A stretch of 64,000 nucleotides of DNA, from the NCBI GenBank assembly GCA_965200965.1, contig OZ241744.1:2816001-2880000 (forward strand), given 5' to 3'. Positions within the stretch are counted from its first letter, which is position 1. Each line of letters begins with the position of its first letter. Origin of the DNA: an uncultured Candidatus Binatia bacterium (lineage in GTDB: Bacteria > Desulfobacterota > Binatia > Bin18). Below the pieces are notes generated by a model. That model made no database searches. It was not told where the DNA came from and was given only the letters and a program-made list of their open reading frames with translations. Below are positions 44,395-55,714 of the stretch, in pieces. The translations under genes were made by a program, and so were the position numbers.

Positions 44395-44943
44395 TCAGGC
44401 TTCCACCAGGGCGTCCAGCCGCCGGCGATTGTTGCCGATATCTTCCTCCAGGCTGCGGACGCTGCGCTCAAAGGGCCGCAGCATGGTCCGCCGGTCCCAC
44501 AGGGCAAAGCCGAGAATGGCCGCGACCAGGGTACTGAAGGCGGCCAGCAGGGCCAGGGTGAGGTGGAACTGCCGGGCAAACTGCCCGGTCATCTCTTCCC
44601 GCAACTGCTGCATCTGTTGGCCGATGTCGGTGCGGAGTTGCTCGTTCTGCCGGTTCATATCTTCCCGGAGTTGCTGCATATCCGCGCGGAGTTGCTCGTT
44701 CTGCCGGTTCATATCTTCCCGGAGTTGCTGCATATCCGCGCGGAGTTGCTCGTTCTGCCGGTTCATATCTTCCCGGAGTTGCTGCATATCCGCACGGAGT
44801 CCGCCCTGCCCCTCTTCAAGCCGCGCCAGCCGCTCGGCGATCTCCCGGTCAGGCAAGGCCGGCGTGGCCTCCACCGCCCCGGCCGGGCCGGGCAGGAACA
44901 GCCCGGTCAGGAGGACGAGCCAGGCGACACGCAGCTTGCTCAT
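44395..44943 (-). CDS. Coiled-coil TM protein, copy B (premature TGA)
   Basis: Near identical to copy A minus one 33-bp repeat. Confidence 0.75.
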   Translation of the reverse strand: MSKLRVAWLVLLTGLFLPGPAGAVEATPALPDREIAERLARLEEGQGGLRADMQQLREDMNRQNEQLRADMQQLREDMNRQNEQLRADMQQLREDMNRQNEQLRTDIGQQMQQLREEMTGQFARQFHLTLALLAAFSTLVAAILGFALWDRRTMLRPFERSVRSLEEDIGNNRRRLDALVEA

Positions 44944-45020
44944 GGGGCTATTCAAGGCCGGGCCAGCGGGAATGTCAAGCTGCGGGCAGAGCCTTGAGCG
45001 GGCGGGGCCGGCCAGCCCCG

Positions 45021-48000
45021 TTACTCAAGGTTCGTAATCACAAAGTTCTGGGAGGATTGCTGCCAGTCCAGGGTGACGGTCTCGCCGGCCCGCGGAAAGT
45101 CGGCCACCACCGCTTGGCCGCTGGCCCCGCGGACGAACTCCTCGCCTAAGGTCGTCACGATGAAGGTCGCCCGGCTGAACTCCACCCCATCGGCCAAGGC
45201 CCGGATGGTATGTTCGCCGTCACCGATCAGGTTCCAGTTGAACAGCAGCCCAAAGCCGTTGTTGCCGTCGTTGCCGCACGCCTCAGCCGTATCGGCCCGG
45301 CCCGTGCCAGAGGCCGCCGCCAGCCGGTGGATGGCGTTGATCTCAAGCTCGACCCTCCCGGCCTCACACACCCAGCCCGAGATCACGCTGATACCACTCT
45401 GGAAGGAGCCGCCGGCCGGGTTTTCCAGGACGCCGTTCTGCCCGGTCGGCGGCGAGACAGCCACGGCGGCCGAGAGCGGGGCCAGCCTGAAGCTCTGGCT
45501 ACCCTCTTGCCACACCAGCCGGACCTGCTCGCCCGGGGATGGAAAGTCGGCCACAAAGGTCTCGCCGCTGGCCCCGCGGATGAACTCCTCGCCTAAGGTC
45601 GTCACGGTGAAGATCGCCCGGTCAAACTCGACCCCGTCGGCCAAGGCCCGGATGGTATGTTCGCCGTCACCGATCAGGTTCCAGTTGAACAGCAGCCCAA
45701 AGCCGTTGTTGCCGTCGTTGCCGCACGCCTCAGCCGTATCGGCCCGGCCGGTACCAGCGGCGGCTTCCAGGATATGCGTGCCGTCCACCTCTAAGGTGAT
45801 CGCCCCCCTGGCGCACGTCCAGCCCGAGATCAGATTAATGCCGCTCTGAGAGGAACCCGGCTCGGGGTTCTCCAGGAACCCGACCAAAGGCTGGGGGGGA
45901 GGAAGGGCAGCACCGCCCCCGCCACCGCCCCCACCGCCGGGGTTACCTGGGGGAGTTTCCACTTGGGGGGGAGTCTCTGGTCGGGGGGGGACTTCGGTGA
46001 AGGCCGGGAACCCGAAGATATTGGCGCAGAGTTGACCGCCGGAGTGCTCTGAGGACAGGACGCGCCAAGTGGTTCCGGCCCGCCCGACGATCCGGGGGGC
46101 GGGGGCGTCGGCCAAGTCGCCCAGCAGGGGCAAACACACCCGCACGGCTTGGCTAGGATCGAGGGGGACTACATTCCCCGCCGCATTCCGGAAAAGGATG
46201 TTGGCGAAGACGGGGAGCGTCCCGAAATCCAGCGGGGGGGTCGGACTGGCCACCACGGAGAAGGGGCGCGCGTCCGCGTGGCCCGGCGACAAGGCGGAAA
46301 AATACTCGACATCGGAGGTGAGGCCGGTGCCCGCCTCGGAGAGCGTGGCGGGCTGGTGTTTGTGAGCGGTGAAGCTGGCGGGCCAGTGATAGAGAGCCCA
46401 CGCCACCGGCGGGCGTTGGCGTTGAGCGGCCCGGTATGCCTGGCGGGTGAGGGCGTTATGGGCTTCCCCCGGGATAATGTTTCGGATGTTGAAGAGGGTG
46501 TGCTCGAGCCGCCCGCTCACATCAAACCCGCTTCGGCCCGCTTGGCTGCCATTGACGCCATACTCGGAGGCATAGAGATCCAGCGTGCTGCTGCCGATGA
46601 CCGTGTTCCAGGACCCGCTGACCGTGACGGTGTTACTCCCCCCGCTGCCGTCAAGCCTCATCTGGATCCCAAAGCCTGCTCTGGTGATGTAATTGCGTGA
46701 CAGCGTGGCGGCCACCTGACTGCGAGTCCCGGCACTGGTGGTGCTGGTGATATCAATCCCGGTGCCTGCGCCGGTGATGCGGTTGGCCGACAGCGTGGTG
46801 GCCAGGGTGCTCCTCGCCGTGTTGCTGAGAGAGGTCCGAAGGTACACCCCGCTCGCGCTGGTGGTGATCGTATTGTCGGCCACGATGAGGTCCACGTTGC
46901 TCGTCGCCGTGTTGCTGAGGGTCTTGTGCAGGTACACGCCGGTCGCGCGGCGGCTGCCGGGCGTCTGTGAGATAGCATTCTCGCGGATGGTTACGGCGGC
47001 GCAGCCGGGGCCGCTGTCCAACTCAATGGCGCGGGGCGTGGAAGTGGCTGTGGAAGAGGCGACCAGGACATTATCGGAGAGGGTGACCCGGGCAGTGAGC
47101 GGGCAGGTCGGGGAGGCGGCGACGGCGATCCCCACCCCGGCGAAATTGACGATATCGAACCCCCGCACGGTGGCGGTGGGGGAGGAGATGCGCAGCACGA
47201 CGGGGAGTTGTGACCCATTGAGGGTTATATCGACAGACCGCCCGGCTGTATCCTGGGCGAAGAGCCAGATATCGCTAGCGAGCGGCAGCAGGCTGGTGGG
47301 CGTGATGGTGCCGCCGCTGAGGGTCGGGTCGAAGATGATCGTCGTTGGGGTAGAGGTGGCGTTGGCCTGGTTCAACAGATAGGGGAGGGACCCCGGCGTA
47401 TTGGCATCATCCGTGAGGGTGGTGACGATGGAGAGGTGGCGGATGCGGAAATCGGCGCAGATTTGATTGCCGGACCGAGCCGAGGGCAGGGTGCGCCAGA
47501 CGGGGCCGTCCCGCCAGGCGATCCGCGGGGCGTCGGCGTCGGCCAGGTCGGCCGGCAGAGGCAGACACACCCGCACATGATGGGTAATCCCGAGGATGAT
47601 CCTATCTGTATCAGCGGGAATGAGCCTGACGGCGACAGGCATGGTCCCGAAGTCCGGCGGGGCGGTCGGACTGGCCACCACGGAAAAGGCGCGCTGGTTA
47701 TTGGAGATCTGGTTCGGCGTGAAGGTCTGCTGATATTCCTGGGAAAGAGTGGTTGTGCGGGCCCCGAGGAACGTGGCGGCCTGGTAGCGGTGGGCGGTGA
47801 AGCTGGCGGGCCAGTGATAGAGAGCCCAGGCAGCCGGCGGGCGTTGGCGTTGAGCGGCCCGGTATGCCTGGCGGGTGAAGGGGGTATGCGCCTCCCCCGG
47901 GATAATGTTTCGGGTGTTGAAGAGGGTGTTCTCGAGCCGCCCGCTCACATCAAACCCGCTTCGGCCCGCTTGGCTGCCATTGACGCCATACTCGGAGACA

Positions 48001-50610
48001 TAGAGATCCAGCGTGCTGCTGCCGATGACCGTGTTCCAGGACCCGTCGACCGTGACGGTGTTGCTCCCCCCGCTGCCGTCAAGCCTCATCTGGATCCCGA
48101 AGTTGGCTCCGGTGATGTAATTGCGCGACAGCGTGGCGGCCACCTGACTGCTATTCCCGGAACTGGTGGTGCTGGTGATATCAATCCCGGTGCCTGCGCC
48201 GGTGATGCGATTGGCCGACAGCGTGGTGGCCAGGGTGCTCGTCGCCGTGTCGCTGAGAGAGGTCCGAAGGTACACCCCGGTCGCGCTGGTGGTGATCGTA
48301 TTGTCGGCCACGATGAGGTCCACGCTACTCGTCGCCGTGCTGCTGAGGGTCTTGTGCAGGTACACGCCGGTCGCGTGGCTGCCGGGCGTCTGCGAGATAT
48401 CATTCTCGCGGATGGTCACGCCGGCGCAGCCGGGGCCGCTGTCCAACTCGATCGCGCGGGCTGTGGAAGAGGCGACCAGGACATTATCGGAGAGGGTGAC
48501 CCGGGCAGTGACCGGGCAGTTCGGGGAGGCGGCGACGGCGATCCCCGCGCCGGCGAAATTGACGATATCGAACCCCCGCACGGTGGCGGTGGGGGAGGAG
48601 ATGCGCAGCACACTACCGTCAGCGGGGAGTTGTGACCCATCGAGGGTCATATCGACAGACCGCCCGGCTACGTCCTGGGCGCGGAGCTGGGTGTTGCCAG
48701 CGAGCGGCAGCGGGCTGGTGGGGGTGATGGTGCCGCCGCTGAGGGTCGGGTCAAAGAGGATCTCCGTTGGGGTAGAGGTGGCGTTGGCCTGATTCAACAG
48801 ATAGGGGAGGGACCCCAGCGTATTGGCCTCATCGGTGAGGGTGGTGACGATGTAGGTGATAAGGAGCCTCTGAAAGCTCAACTCGGCGCAGATTTCATCG
48901 CCTGACCGAGCCGAGGGCAGGGTGCGCCAGACGGTTCCGTCCCGCCAGGCGATCCGTGGGGCGGACGCCGACAGGTCGGCCGGCACGGGCAAACACACCC
49001 GCACGGGGTGGAGCAGCCCGCGGGTGGCCACCCGCCCGTCCGCAGTCTGGGGCAGCAGGCCAGCGACAACAGGCATGGTCCCGAAGTCCGTTGAGGTGGC
49101 CTGACCGGACACCACGGACACGGCCCGCTCAACCGCTTCGCGCGGGGTAAACTGGGCCGGGTCGGCCAGATAGGTTTCCTCAATGGTGGTGACGGTCACG
49201 ATCTCGGTCGTGCCGTCCTGGTTCTGGTGCCCGCCGGTGATCCCCCCGGGGGGGAGCCGGTCTACTTGGTAGCGGTGGACGGTGAAGCTGTTGGCCCTCG
49301 TCCCCACTGCCAGGCGTATGGTGTTGAAGATGGTGCGCTCGAGACGCCCGTTGATCTGGTATCTGTTCTCGGAGGCGGAGATATCTGTGTCGCTGCTGCC
49401 GAGGACCACATTGCCGGTCCCGTTGACCGTGGCGCTGTTGCTCGTCCCGTTGCCGCTGAGATCAATCTCAAGGCCCTTCCGCGCACCGGTGATGTAATTG
49501 CCCGACAGCGTGGCGTCCGTGCTCAAACTCGTCCCGCTGCCGAAGCTGGTGCTGGCAATCCTGATCCCCTTCTGCGTGCCGGTGAGGTGATTGCCCGACA
49601 GCGTGACCGTCGCGCTGTCAACAGCCCCGCGGCCAACACTGCCGAGGACCGCAATGCCGTCCTGCGGGCCGGTGATGCGATTGGCCGACAGTTGGGCAAC
49701 CAGGCGATTGCTCCCCCCACTGCCGATGGTGGAGACAAACGCAATCCCCTCCCGTGTGCCGGTGATGCGATTGGCCGACAGCCGGGCGGTCACCCTGGAG
49801 CTGTTATCCCCGGTGGTGGTGGAGCGACCAATGGAAATGCCGACAGCGGTGGTGATCGTATTGTCGGCCACGAGAGCGTCCACGCTGCTACTCGCCATAG
49901 TGTGGGAGGTGCCGGCATCGGTGCTGCGAATGGAAATGCCGGTCGCGCGGCTGCCCGGTGTCTGTGAGATATTATTCGCGCGGATGGTCACCGCGGTGCA
50001 CTGGTTGGTGACGCTGGTCACCTCAATGGCGTGGGGCGTGGAAGTGGCTGTGGAAGAGGCGACCAGGACATTATCGGAGAGGGTGACCCGGGCAGTGAGC
50101 GGGCAGTTCGGGGAGGATGCGACGGCGATCCCCGCGCCGGCGAAATTGACGATATCGAATCCCGAAACGGTGGCGGTGGGGGAGGAGATGTGCAGCACGC
50201 TACGCTCGGCAAGAGGACGCCCTGAATCAGTGGGGAGCTGTGACCCATCGAGCGTCATATCGACGGCCATCCCGGCTGCATCCTGGGCGAGGAGCCGGAT
50301 GTTGGCAGCGAGCGGCAGCGGGCTGGCGGGCGTGAGGGTGCCGCCACTGAGGGCCGAGTTGAAGATGATCGCCGTTGGGGTAGAGGTGGCGTTGGCCTGG
50401 TTCAACAGATAGCGGAGGGACCCCGGCGTACTGGCCTCATCGGTGAGGCTGGTGACGGTGGAGGTGGCTGTTTGTGCCCTGACCGCGGGGGCGAGGGCCA
50501 GCAGCAGGCCGCACAGGAGCAGCAGGCCGACAAGTTGAGCGTAACGCATAGTCATCACCATCTGTGATCTTGGGGGGGGGGGGGTAGGATTCCTGACTGT
50601 TTGCAATCAT
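45021..50610 (-). CDS. Secreted beta-helix repeat surface protein (3 modules); RBS-ATG out of frame across a C13 tract
   Basis: ~1860-codon ORF paralogous to 35165-44223; 3' ~800 bp nearly identical. Confidence 0.85.
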
Positions 50611-50713
50611 GGCTGTCTCCCTGAACCGGCATTGCAGGGTATTTTAGCCTCCTGGTGTTTGTGTGTCAAAGTGGGCCTGCATCCGCTCCCACCGGACCCA
50701 CGGGCCCGGAGCA

Positions 50714-50770
50714 GCGTCAAACGCCGTGTTGGGGATGCCGCAATAGCTCGAACCGTTCTCACGAAGGGCT
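50714..50770 (-). pseudogene. Fragment homologous to the 5' part of the LLM gene at 33033-34328
   Basis: gcgtcaaacgccgtgttggggatgccg is shared with ~34222-34248; ENGSSYCGIPNTAFDA versus ENGPSYFGIPNTAFDA. Confidence 0.75.
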
Positions 50771-51273
50771 TAGCGCAAGTGAAACTGGCGGAGGACGCCC
50801 GCCACTTCGGGGTCGTGCTGGCCCAAGGCCCGCAAGGCTTCCACCAGGGCGTCCAGCCGCCGGCGATTGTTGCCGATGTCTTCCTCCAGGCTGCGGACGC
50901 TGCGCTCAACGGGCCGCAGCATGGTCCGCCGGTCCCACAGGGCAAAGCCGAGAATGGCCGCGACCAGGGTACTGAAGGCGGCCAGCAGGGCCAGGGTGAG
51001 GTGGAACTGCCGGGCAAACTGCCCGGTCATCTCTTCCCGCAACTGCTGCATCTGTTGGCCGATGTCGGTGCGGAGTTGCTCGTTCTGCCGGTTCAGGTCT
51101 TCCCGGAGTTGCTTTAGATCGGTCCGGAGCCCGGTCTGCCCCTCTTCAAGCCGGGCCAGCCGCTCGACGATCTCCCGGTCGGTCAAGGCCGGCGCGGCTT
51201 CCACCGCCCCGGCCGGGCCGGGCAGGAACAGCCCGGTCAGGAGGACGAGCCAGGCGACACGCAGCTTGCTCAT
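50770..51273 (-). CDS. Coiled-coil TM protein, copy C (full length)
   Basis: Ends ALRALGQHDPEVAGVLRQFHLR; carries a single 11-aa repeat. Confidence 0.8.
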   Translation of the reverse strand: MSKLRVAWLVLLTGLFLPGPAGAVEAAPALTDREIVERLARLEEGQTGLRTDLKQLREDLNRQNEQLRTDIGQQMQQLREEMTGQFARQFHLTLALLAAFSTLVAAILGFALWDRRTMLRPVERSVRSLEEDIGNNRRRLDALVEALRALGQHDPEVAGVLRQFHLR

Positions 51274-51350
51274 GGGGCTATTCAAGGCCGGGCCAGCGGG
51301 AATGTCAAGCTGCGGGCAGAGCCTTGAGCGGGCGGGGCCGGCCAGCCCCG

Positions 51351-54041
51351 TTACTCAAGGTTCGTAATCACAAAGTTCTGGAAGGATTGCTGCCAGACCA
51401 GGGTGACGGTCTCGCCGGTGCTCGGAAAGTCGGCCACTACCGCCCGCCCGCTGGCCTCGCGGACGAACTCCTCATCCAAGGTCGTCACGGTGAAGGTCGC
51501 CCGGTCAAACTCGACCCCGTCGGCCAAGGCCCGGATGGTATGTTGGCCGTCACCGAGCAGGTTCCAGTTGAAGAGCAGCCCGAAGCCCACATCGCCCCGG
51601 CCCTCGCAGACTCCGGCGGCGGCCACATCGCCCCGGGCCGTGCCAGAGGCGGCTTCCAGGAGATGCGTGCCGTCCACTTCCAACTCAATCGCTTCCCCGG
51701 TACACACCCAGCCCGAGATCACGCTGATACCGCTCTGGAAGGAGCCGCCGGCCGGGTTTTCCAGGACGCCGAGCGGGCCGGCAGTGGTGGAGGAGGCCGC
51801 CGGCGGGGGGGCTGTGGTCGAGAGCGGGGCCAGCATGAAATTCTGGACAGCCTGTTCCCACACCAGCCGCGTCTGCTCGCCCGGAGACGGAAAGTCGGCC
51901 ACCACCACCTCGCCGCTGGCCCCGCGGACGAACTCCTCACCCAAGGTCGTCACGGTGAAGATCGCCCGGTCAAACTCCACCCCATCGGCCAAGGCCCGCA
52001 TGGTATGTTGGCCGTCACCGAGCAGGTTCCAGTTGAACAGCAGCCCAAAGCCCACATCACCCCGGCCCTCGCAGACTCCGGCGGCGGCCACATCGCCCCG
52101 GGCCGTGCCAGAGGCGGCTTCCAAGCGATGCGTGGTGCCGTCCACCTCCACCTCCACCTCAATCAATTCCCCGGTACACACCCAGCCCGAGATCACGCCG
52201 ATGCCACTGAAGAAGGCCGGCTGGGGGTACTCCAGGACCCCGACCACGCCTCCTGCTACGGTGCCGGTGGGGGGTGGAGCCACTGTGCCGCCCCCGCCAT
52301 TGCCCCCGAGGCCCGGGTTCTCTGGGGGAGTCTCCGGCCGGGGCTGGGAGGGCGTGAAGGGCGTGAAGGACGGGAACCCGGAAAGATCGGCGCAGATCTG
52401 GACGCCTGACCGAGCCGAGGGCAGGGTGCGCCAGACGGTTCCGTCCCGCCCGGCGATCCGTGGGTCGGGGGCGTCGCTCAGGTCGGCCGGCAGGGGCAAA
52501 CACACCCGAAAGGATTGGGTGAGGGTGACTACAGTCCCTGCCGCATTCCGGAAAAGGATGTTGGCGAAGACGGGGAGGGTCCCGAAGTCCGGCGGGGGGG
52601 TCGGACTGGACACCACGGAGAAGGTGCGCGCGTTCGCGTGGACCTGCGGCAAGGCGGAAACATATTCTTCATCGGAGGTGATTCCGGTGCCTGCCTGTGA
52701 GAGCGTGGCGGTCTGGTGTCTGTGGGCGGTGAAGCTGGCGGGCCACTGATAGGAAGGCCAAGTGGCCGACGGTTGGAGTTGAGCGGCCTGGTATGCGCTG
52801 AGGATGAGGCGCTGGGCCACCTCCACCGCATTCACATCCGGTCTGATGTTCTGGGTGTTGAAGATGGTGTTCCCGAGACGCCCGCTCACATCAAACCCGC
52901 TTCGGCCCGCTTGGCTGCCATTGACGCCATACTCTGAGGCGAAGAGATCCATCGTGCTGCTGCCGATGACCGTGTTCCAGGACCCGTTGACCCTGGCGAT
53001 GTTGCTCCCCCCGCTGCCGTCAAGATTAATCCTGATCCCAAAGCTTGCTCCGGTGATGTAATTGCGCGACAGCGTGGCGGTCACCCGACTGTCAGCGCTG
53101 GCGGCCTGGGTGGTGCTGTCTATATTAATCCCGGTGTGTGCTCCGGTGATGCGGTTGCCCGACAGCGTGGCAGTCGTTCTAGCTGTACTCGTCGCCATGC
53201 GGTGAGCAAGGTAAATGCCGTTCGCTCCGGTGGTGATCGTATTGTCGGACACGATGAGGTCCAGGGTGCTCGTCGCCATGCTGCTGAGGGTCTTATGCAG
53301 GTAAATGCCGTTCGCCTGGCTTCCCGGTGTCTGCGAGATAGTATTCTCGCTGATGGTCACGCCGGCGCAGCCGGGGCCACTGTCCAACTCAATCGCGTGG
53401 GCCGTGGAAGTGGCGACCAGGACATTATCGGAGATTGTGACCCGGGCATTGGCCGGGCAGTTCGGGGAGGCTGAGACGTAGATCCCCGCGCCGGCGAAAT
53501 TGACGATATCGAATCCCTGCACGGTGGCGGTGGTGGAAGAGATGCTCAGCACATTACGCCCGGCAAGGGAGATCTCTGTATTAGTGGGGAACTGTGACCC
53601 AGCGAGCGTTATATCGACAGACCTCCCGGCTGCATCCTGGGCGAGGAGCCGTATGTTGCCAGAGAGCAGCAGCGGGATGTTGGGCGTGATGGTGCCGCCG
53701 CTGAGGGTTGAGTCGAAGATGATTGTTGTCGGGGTAGATGTGGCGTTGGCCTGGTTCAACAGATAGCGGAGGGTCCCCGGCGTAGTGAGACCATCCGTGA
53801 GGCTGATGACGGTGGAGGTGGCCGTTTGCGCCCTGACCGCGGGGGCGAGGGCCAACAGCAGGCTGCACAGGAGCAGCAGGCCGACAAGTCGGGCGTAACG
53901 CCTATCCATCATCATCTGTGATCTTGGGGGGGGGGCGATCTCCCGGTCGGTCAAGGCCGGCGCGGCCTCCACCGCTCCGCTCGGGCGGGGCAGGAGCAGC
54001 CCGGTCAGGATGATACGCCAAGCGATACGCAGCTTGCTCAT
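51351..54041 (-). CDS. Secreted beta-helix surface protein (1 module) with chimeric N-terminus
   Basis: The first ~35 codons derive from the coiled-coil gene and are joined in frame through a C10 tract; two C-terminal LENP domains. Confidence 0.85.
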   Translation of the reverse strand: MSKLRIAWRIILTGLLLPRPSGAVEAAPALTDREIAPPPRSQMMMDRRYARLVGLLLLCSLLLALAPAVRAQTATSTVISLTDGLTTPGTLRYLLNQANATSTPTTIIFDSTLSGGTITPNIPLLLSGNIRLLAQDAAGRSVDITLAGSQFPTNTEISLAGRNVLSISSTTATVQGFDIVNFAGAGIYVSASPNCPANARVTISDNVLVATSTAHAIELDSGPGCAGVTISENTISQTPGSQANGIYLHKTLSSMATSTLDLIVSDNTITTGANGIYLAHRMATSTARTTATLSGNRITGAHTGINIDSTTQAASADSRVTATLSRNYITGASFGIRINLDGSGGSNIARVNGSWNTVIGSSTMDLFASEYGVNGSQAGRSGFDVSGRLGNTIFNTQNIRPDVNAVEVAQRLILSAYQAAQLQPSATWPSYQWPASFTAHRHQTATLSQAGTGITSDEEYVSALPQVHANARTFSVVSSPTPPPDFGTLPVFANILFRNAAGTVVTLTQSFRVCLPLPADLSDAPDPRIAGRDGTVWRTLPSARSGVQICADLSGFPSFTPFTPSQPRPETPPENPGLGGNGGGGTVAPPPTGTVAGGVVGVLEYPQPAFFSGIGVISGWVCTGELIEVEVEVDGTTHRLEAASGTARGDVAAAGVCEGRGDVGFGLLFNWNLLGDGQHTMRALADGVEFDRAIFTVTTLGEEFVRGASGEVVVADFPSPGEQTRLVWEQAVQNFMLAPLSTTAPPPAASSTTAGPLGVLENPAGGSFQSGISVISGWVCTGEAIELEVDGTHLLEAASGTARGDVAAAGVCEGRGDVGFGLLFNWNLLGDGQHTIRALADGVEFDRATFTVTTLDEEFVREASGRAVVADFPSTGETVTLVWQQSFQNFVITNLE

Positions 54042-54195
54042 GGGACTATCAAGGCCGGGCCGGCGGGAATGTCAAGCTGTGGGTAAGAACGTCTCCCCTC
54101 TGCGGTCCTGCTGAACGGCATCTTCCCCCCGCTCTTCTTTTTTGTCAAGCTGTCTGCCAGGTGGAGGGCCTTGCCGGAACAGGGAGGGACAGACC

Positions 54196-54870
54196 ATGTG
54201 TGGCCGCTATGCCTTGACCTCAGACGCAGAACGCCTGGAAGAACGCTTTGGCTGCTCCCTGTCCGGCGTGGCCTGCTCCCCCCGCTATAACATCGCCCCC
54301 AGCCAGCCGGTGCTGGCGCTGATCAATACGGCTGACAATGCCGAACGGCGGGCCGGCTTCTTGCGCTGGGGGCTGATTCCGGCCTGGGCCACAGACCCCG
54401 CGGTCGGCACCAGGATGATCAACGCCCGGTCTGAGACGGTGGCCGAAAAGCCCAGCTTCAGGCATGCCCTGCGCCGCCGGCGGTGCTTGATCGTGGCCAA
54501 CGGCTTTTATGAGTGGAAAAAAGACGGCCCGACCAGGACCCCGCTGTATATCAGCCTGGGCTCGGGCGAGCCGTTCGCCTGTGCCGGGCTGTGGGAAAAA
54601 TGGGTTGCCGAATCCGGCCAGGCGATCCATTCGTGTACAATGCTGACCACCGGCCCCAACGCGCTGATGGCCCCCATCCACCACCGTATGCCGGTGATCC
54701 TGCCGCCCGAGGCCGAGGCGCGCTGGCTGGACCGGACCGTTCAGGAGCCCGGCTCGGTCTTGCCCCTGCTCGTGCCCTGTCCGGCCGAGGCCATGAGGGC
54801 CTATGCCGTGTCTGCGCTCGTCAACTCCCCCCGCAACGACAGCCCTGAGTGCCTGAGGCCGCTCGGCTGA
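54196..54870 (+). CDS. SOS response-associated peptidase (SRAP/YedK family)
   Basis: MCGRY start, RYNIAPSQ, INARSET, GFYEW, IHHRMPVIL. Confidence 0.95.
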   Translation: MCGRYALTSDAERLEERFGCSLSGVACSPRYNIAPSQPVLALINTADNAERRAGFLRWGLIPAWATDPAVGTRMINARSETVAEKPSFRHALRRRRCLIVANGFYEWKKDGPTRTPLYISLGSGEPFACAGLWEKWVAESGQAIHSCTMLTTGPNALMAPIHHRMPVILPPEAEARWLDRTVQEPGSVLPLLVPCPAEAMRAYAVSALVNSPRNDSPECLRPLG

Positions 54871-54891
54871 GCGTGGCGTCATCCGCCCTCC

Positions 54892-55704
54892 TCAGGGTGA
54901 AAGGTTCCAGCCGTGGGATGTGCCAAACGCGGGCGGGCGTTTTTCCAGGAACGCGTTCATACCCTCTCGGGCGTCCGCGGACAGAAACAGCTCGGCCTGG
55001 CTGTCGTGTTCATAGCTGAGGGTTTCCTCCAGGCCGGCGCTGGCCCCGAGGTAGACCCCGCGTTTGATATGGGCCAGGGTCTGGGGCGGGCCGGCAGCCA
55101 CCCGCCGGGCAAACGCGAGGGCGTCGGTCCGAAAACTCTGGTGTGGATAGACCCGGTTCAGCAGACCTAGACGCAGGGCCTCGGCGGCATCAATCTGCTC
55201 GCCGGTCAGCATCAGCTCCAGGGCTTTGGCCGTCCCGACCAGGCGGGGCAGTGACGAGAAACCCGCCCAGTCCGGGATAAGCCCGATTGTGACAAAGCTC
55301 TCGGCAAAGCGGGCTGTGTCTGCGCCCAGCCGCAGGTCACAGCCCAGGGCCAGGTTCATCCCTGCCCCGGCCGCGGCCCCGTTCACCGCGGCAACGACCG
55401 GCTTGGCCATGCCGCGGATGAGCCGGATGATCTTGCCGCCAACGACCGTGCGTTCTTTGATCACGCCGTTGTTGTTGTCGGCCTGGAGTTCGGCCATACT
55501 GGCAATATCGCCGCCGGCGCAGAAGGCGCGGCCCGCGCCGGTAATCATCACGCAGCGCACCGCCCGGTCGTCTGCCGCCTGTTCCAGTGCGGCCAGGAGT
55601 TCTTCGCGCATCGTGCCCGCAAAGGCGTTCAGCACTTCCGGGCGGTTGAGGGTGATGAGGGCCACCCGGTCGGACACTTGGCTGATAATTCGCTGTGTTG
55701 ACAT
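54892..55704 (-). CDS. Enoyl-CoA hydratase/isomerase family protein
   Basis: ITLNRPEVLNA, AFCAGGDI, AAVNGAAAGAG, AFLEKRPP. Confidence 0.95.
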   Translation of the reverse strand: MSTQRIISQVSDRVALITLNRPEVLNAFAGTMREELLAALEQAADDRAVRCVMITGAGRAFCAGGDIASMAELQADNNNGVIKERTVVGGKIIRLIRGMAKPVVAAVNGAAAGAGMNLALGCDLRLGADTARFAESFVTIGLIPDWAGFSSLPRLVGTAKALELMLTGEQIDAAEALRLGLLNRVYPHQSFRTDALAFARRVAAGPPQTLAHIKRGVYLGASAGLEETLSYEHDSQAELFLSADAREGMNAFLEKRPPAFGTSHGWNLSP

Positions 55705-55714
55705 GTTCCTCTCT

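Noticed and set aside
35217-53766. Long plus-strand ORFs opposite the adhesins, also 26873-28351 and 58581-59753
   Set aside because: Antisense shadows of GC-rich genes.
35165-54041. Diversity-generating retroelement in the adhesin repeats
   Set aside because: No reverse transcriptase in the window. Differences are mainly A/G transitions across long coding duplicates, not A-to-N changes in a short TR/VR pair.
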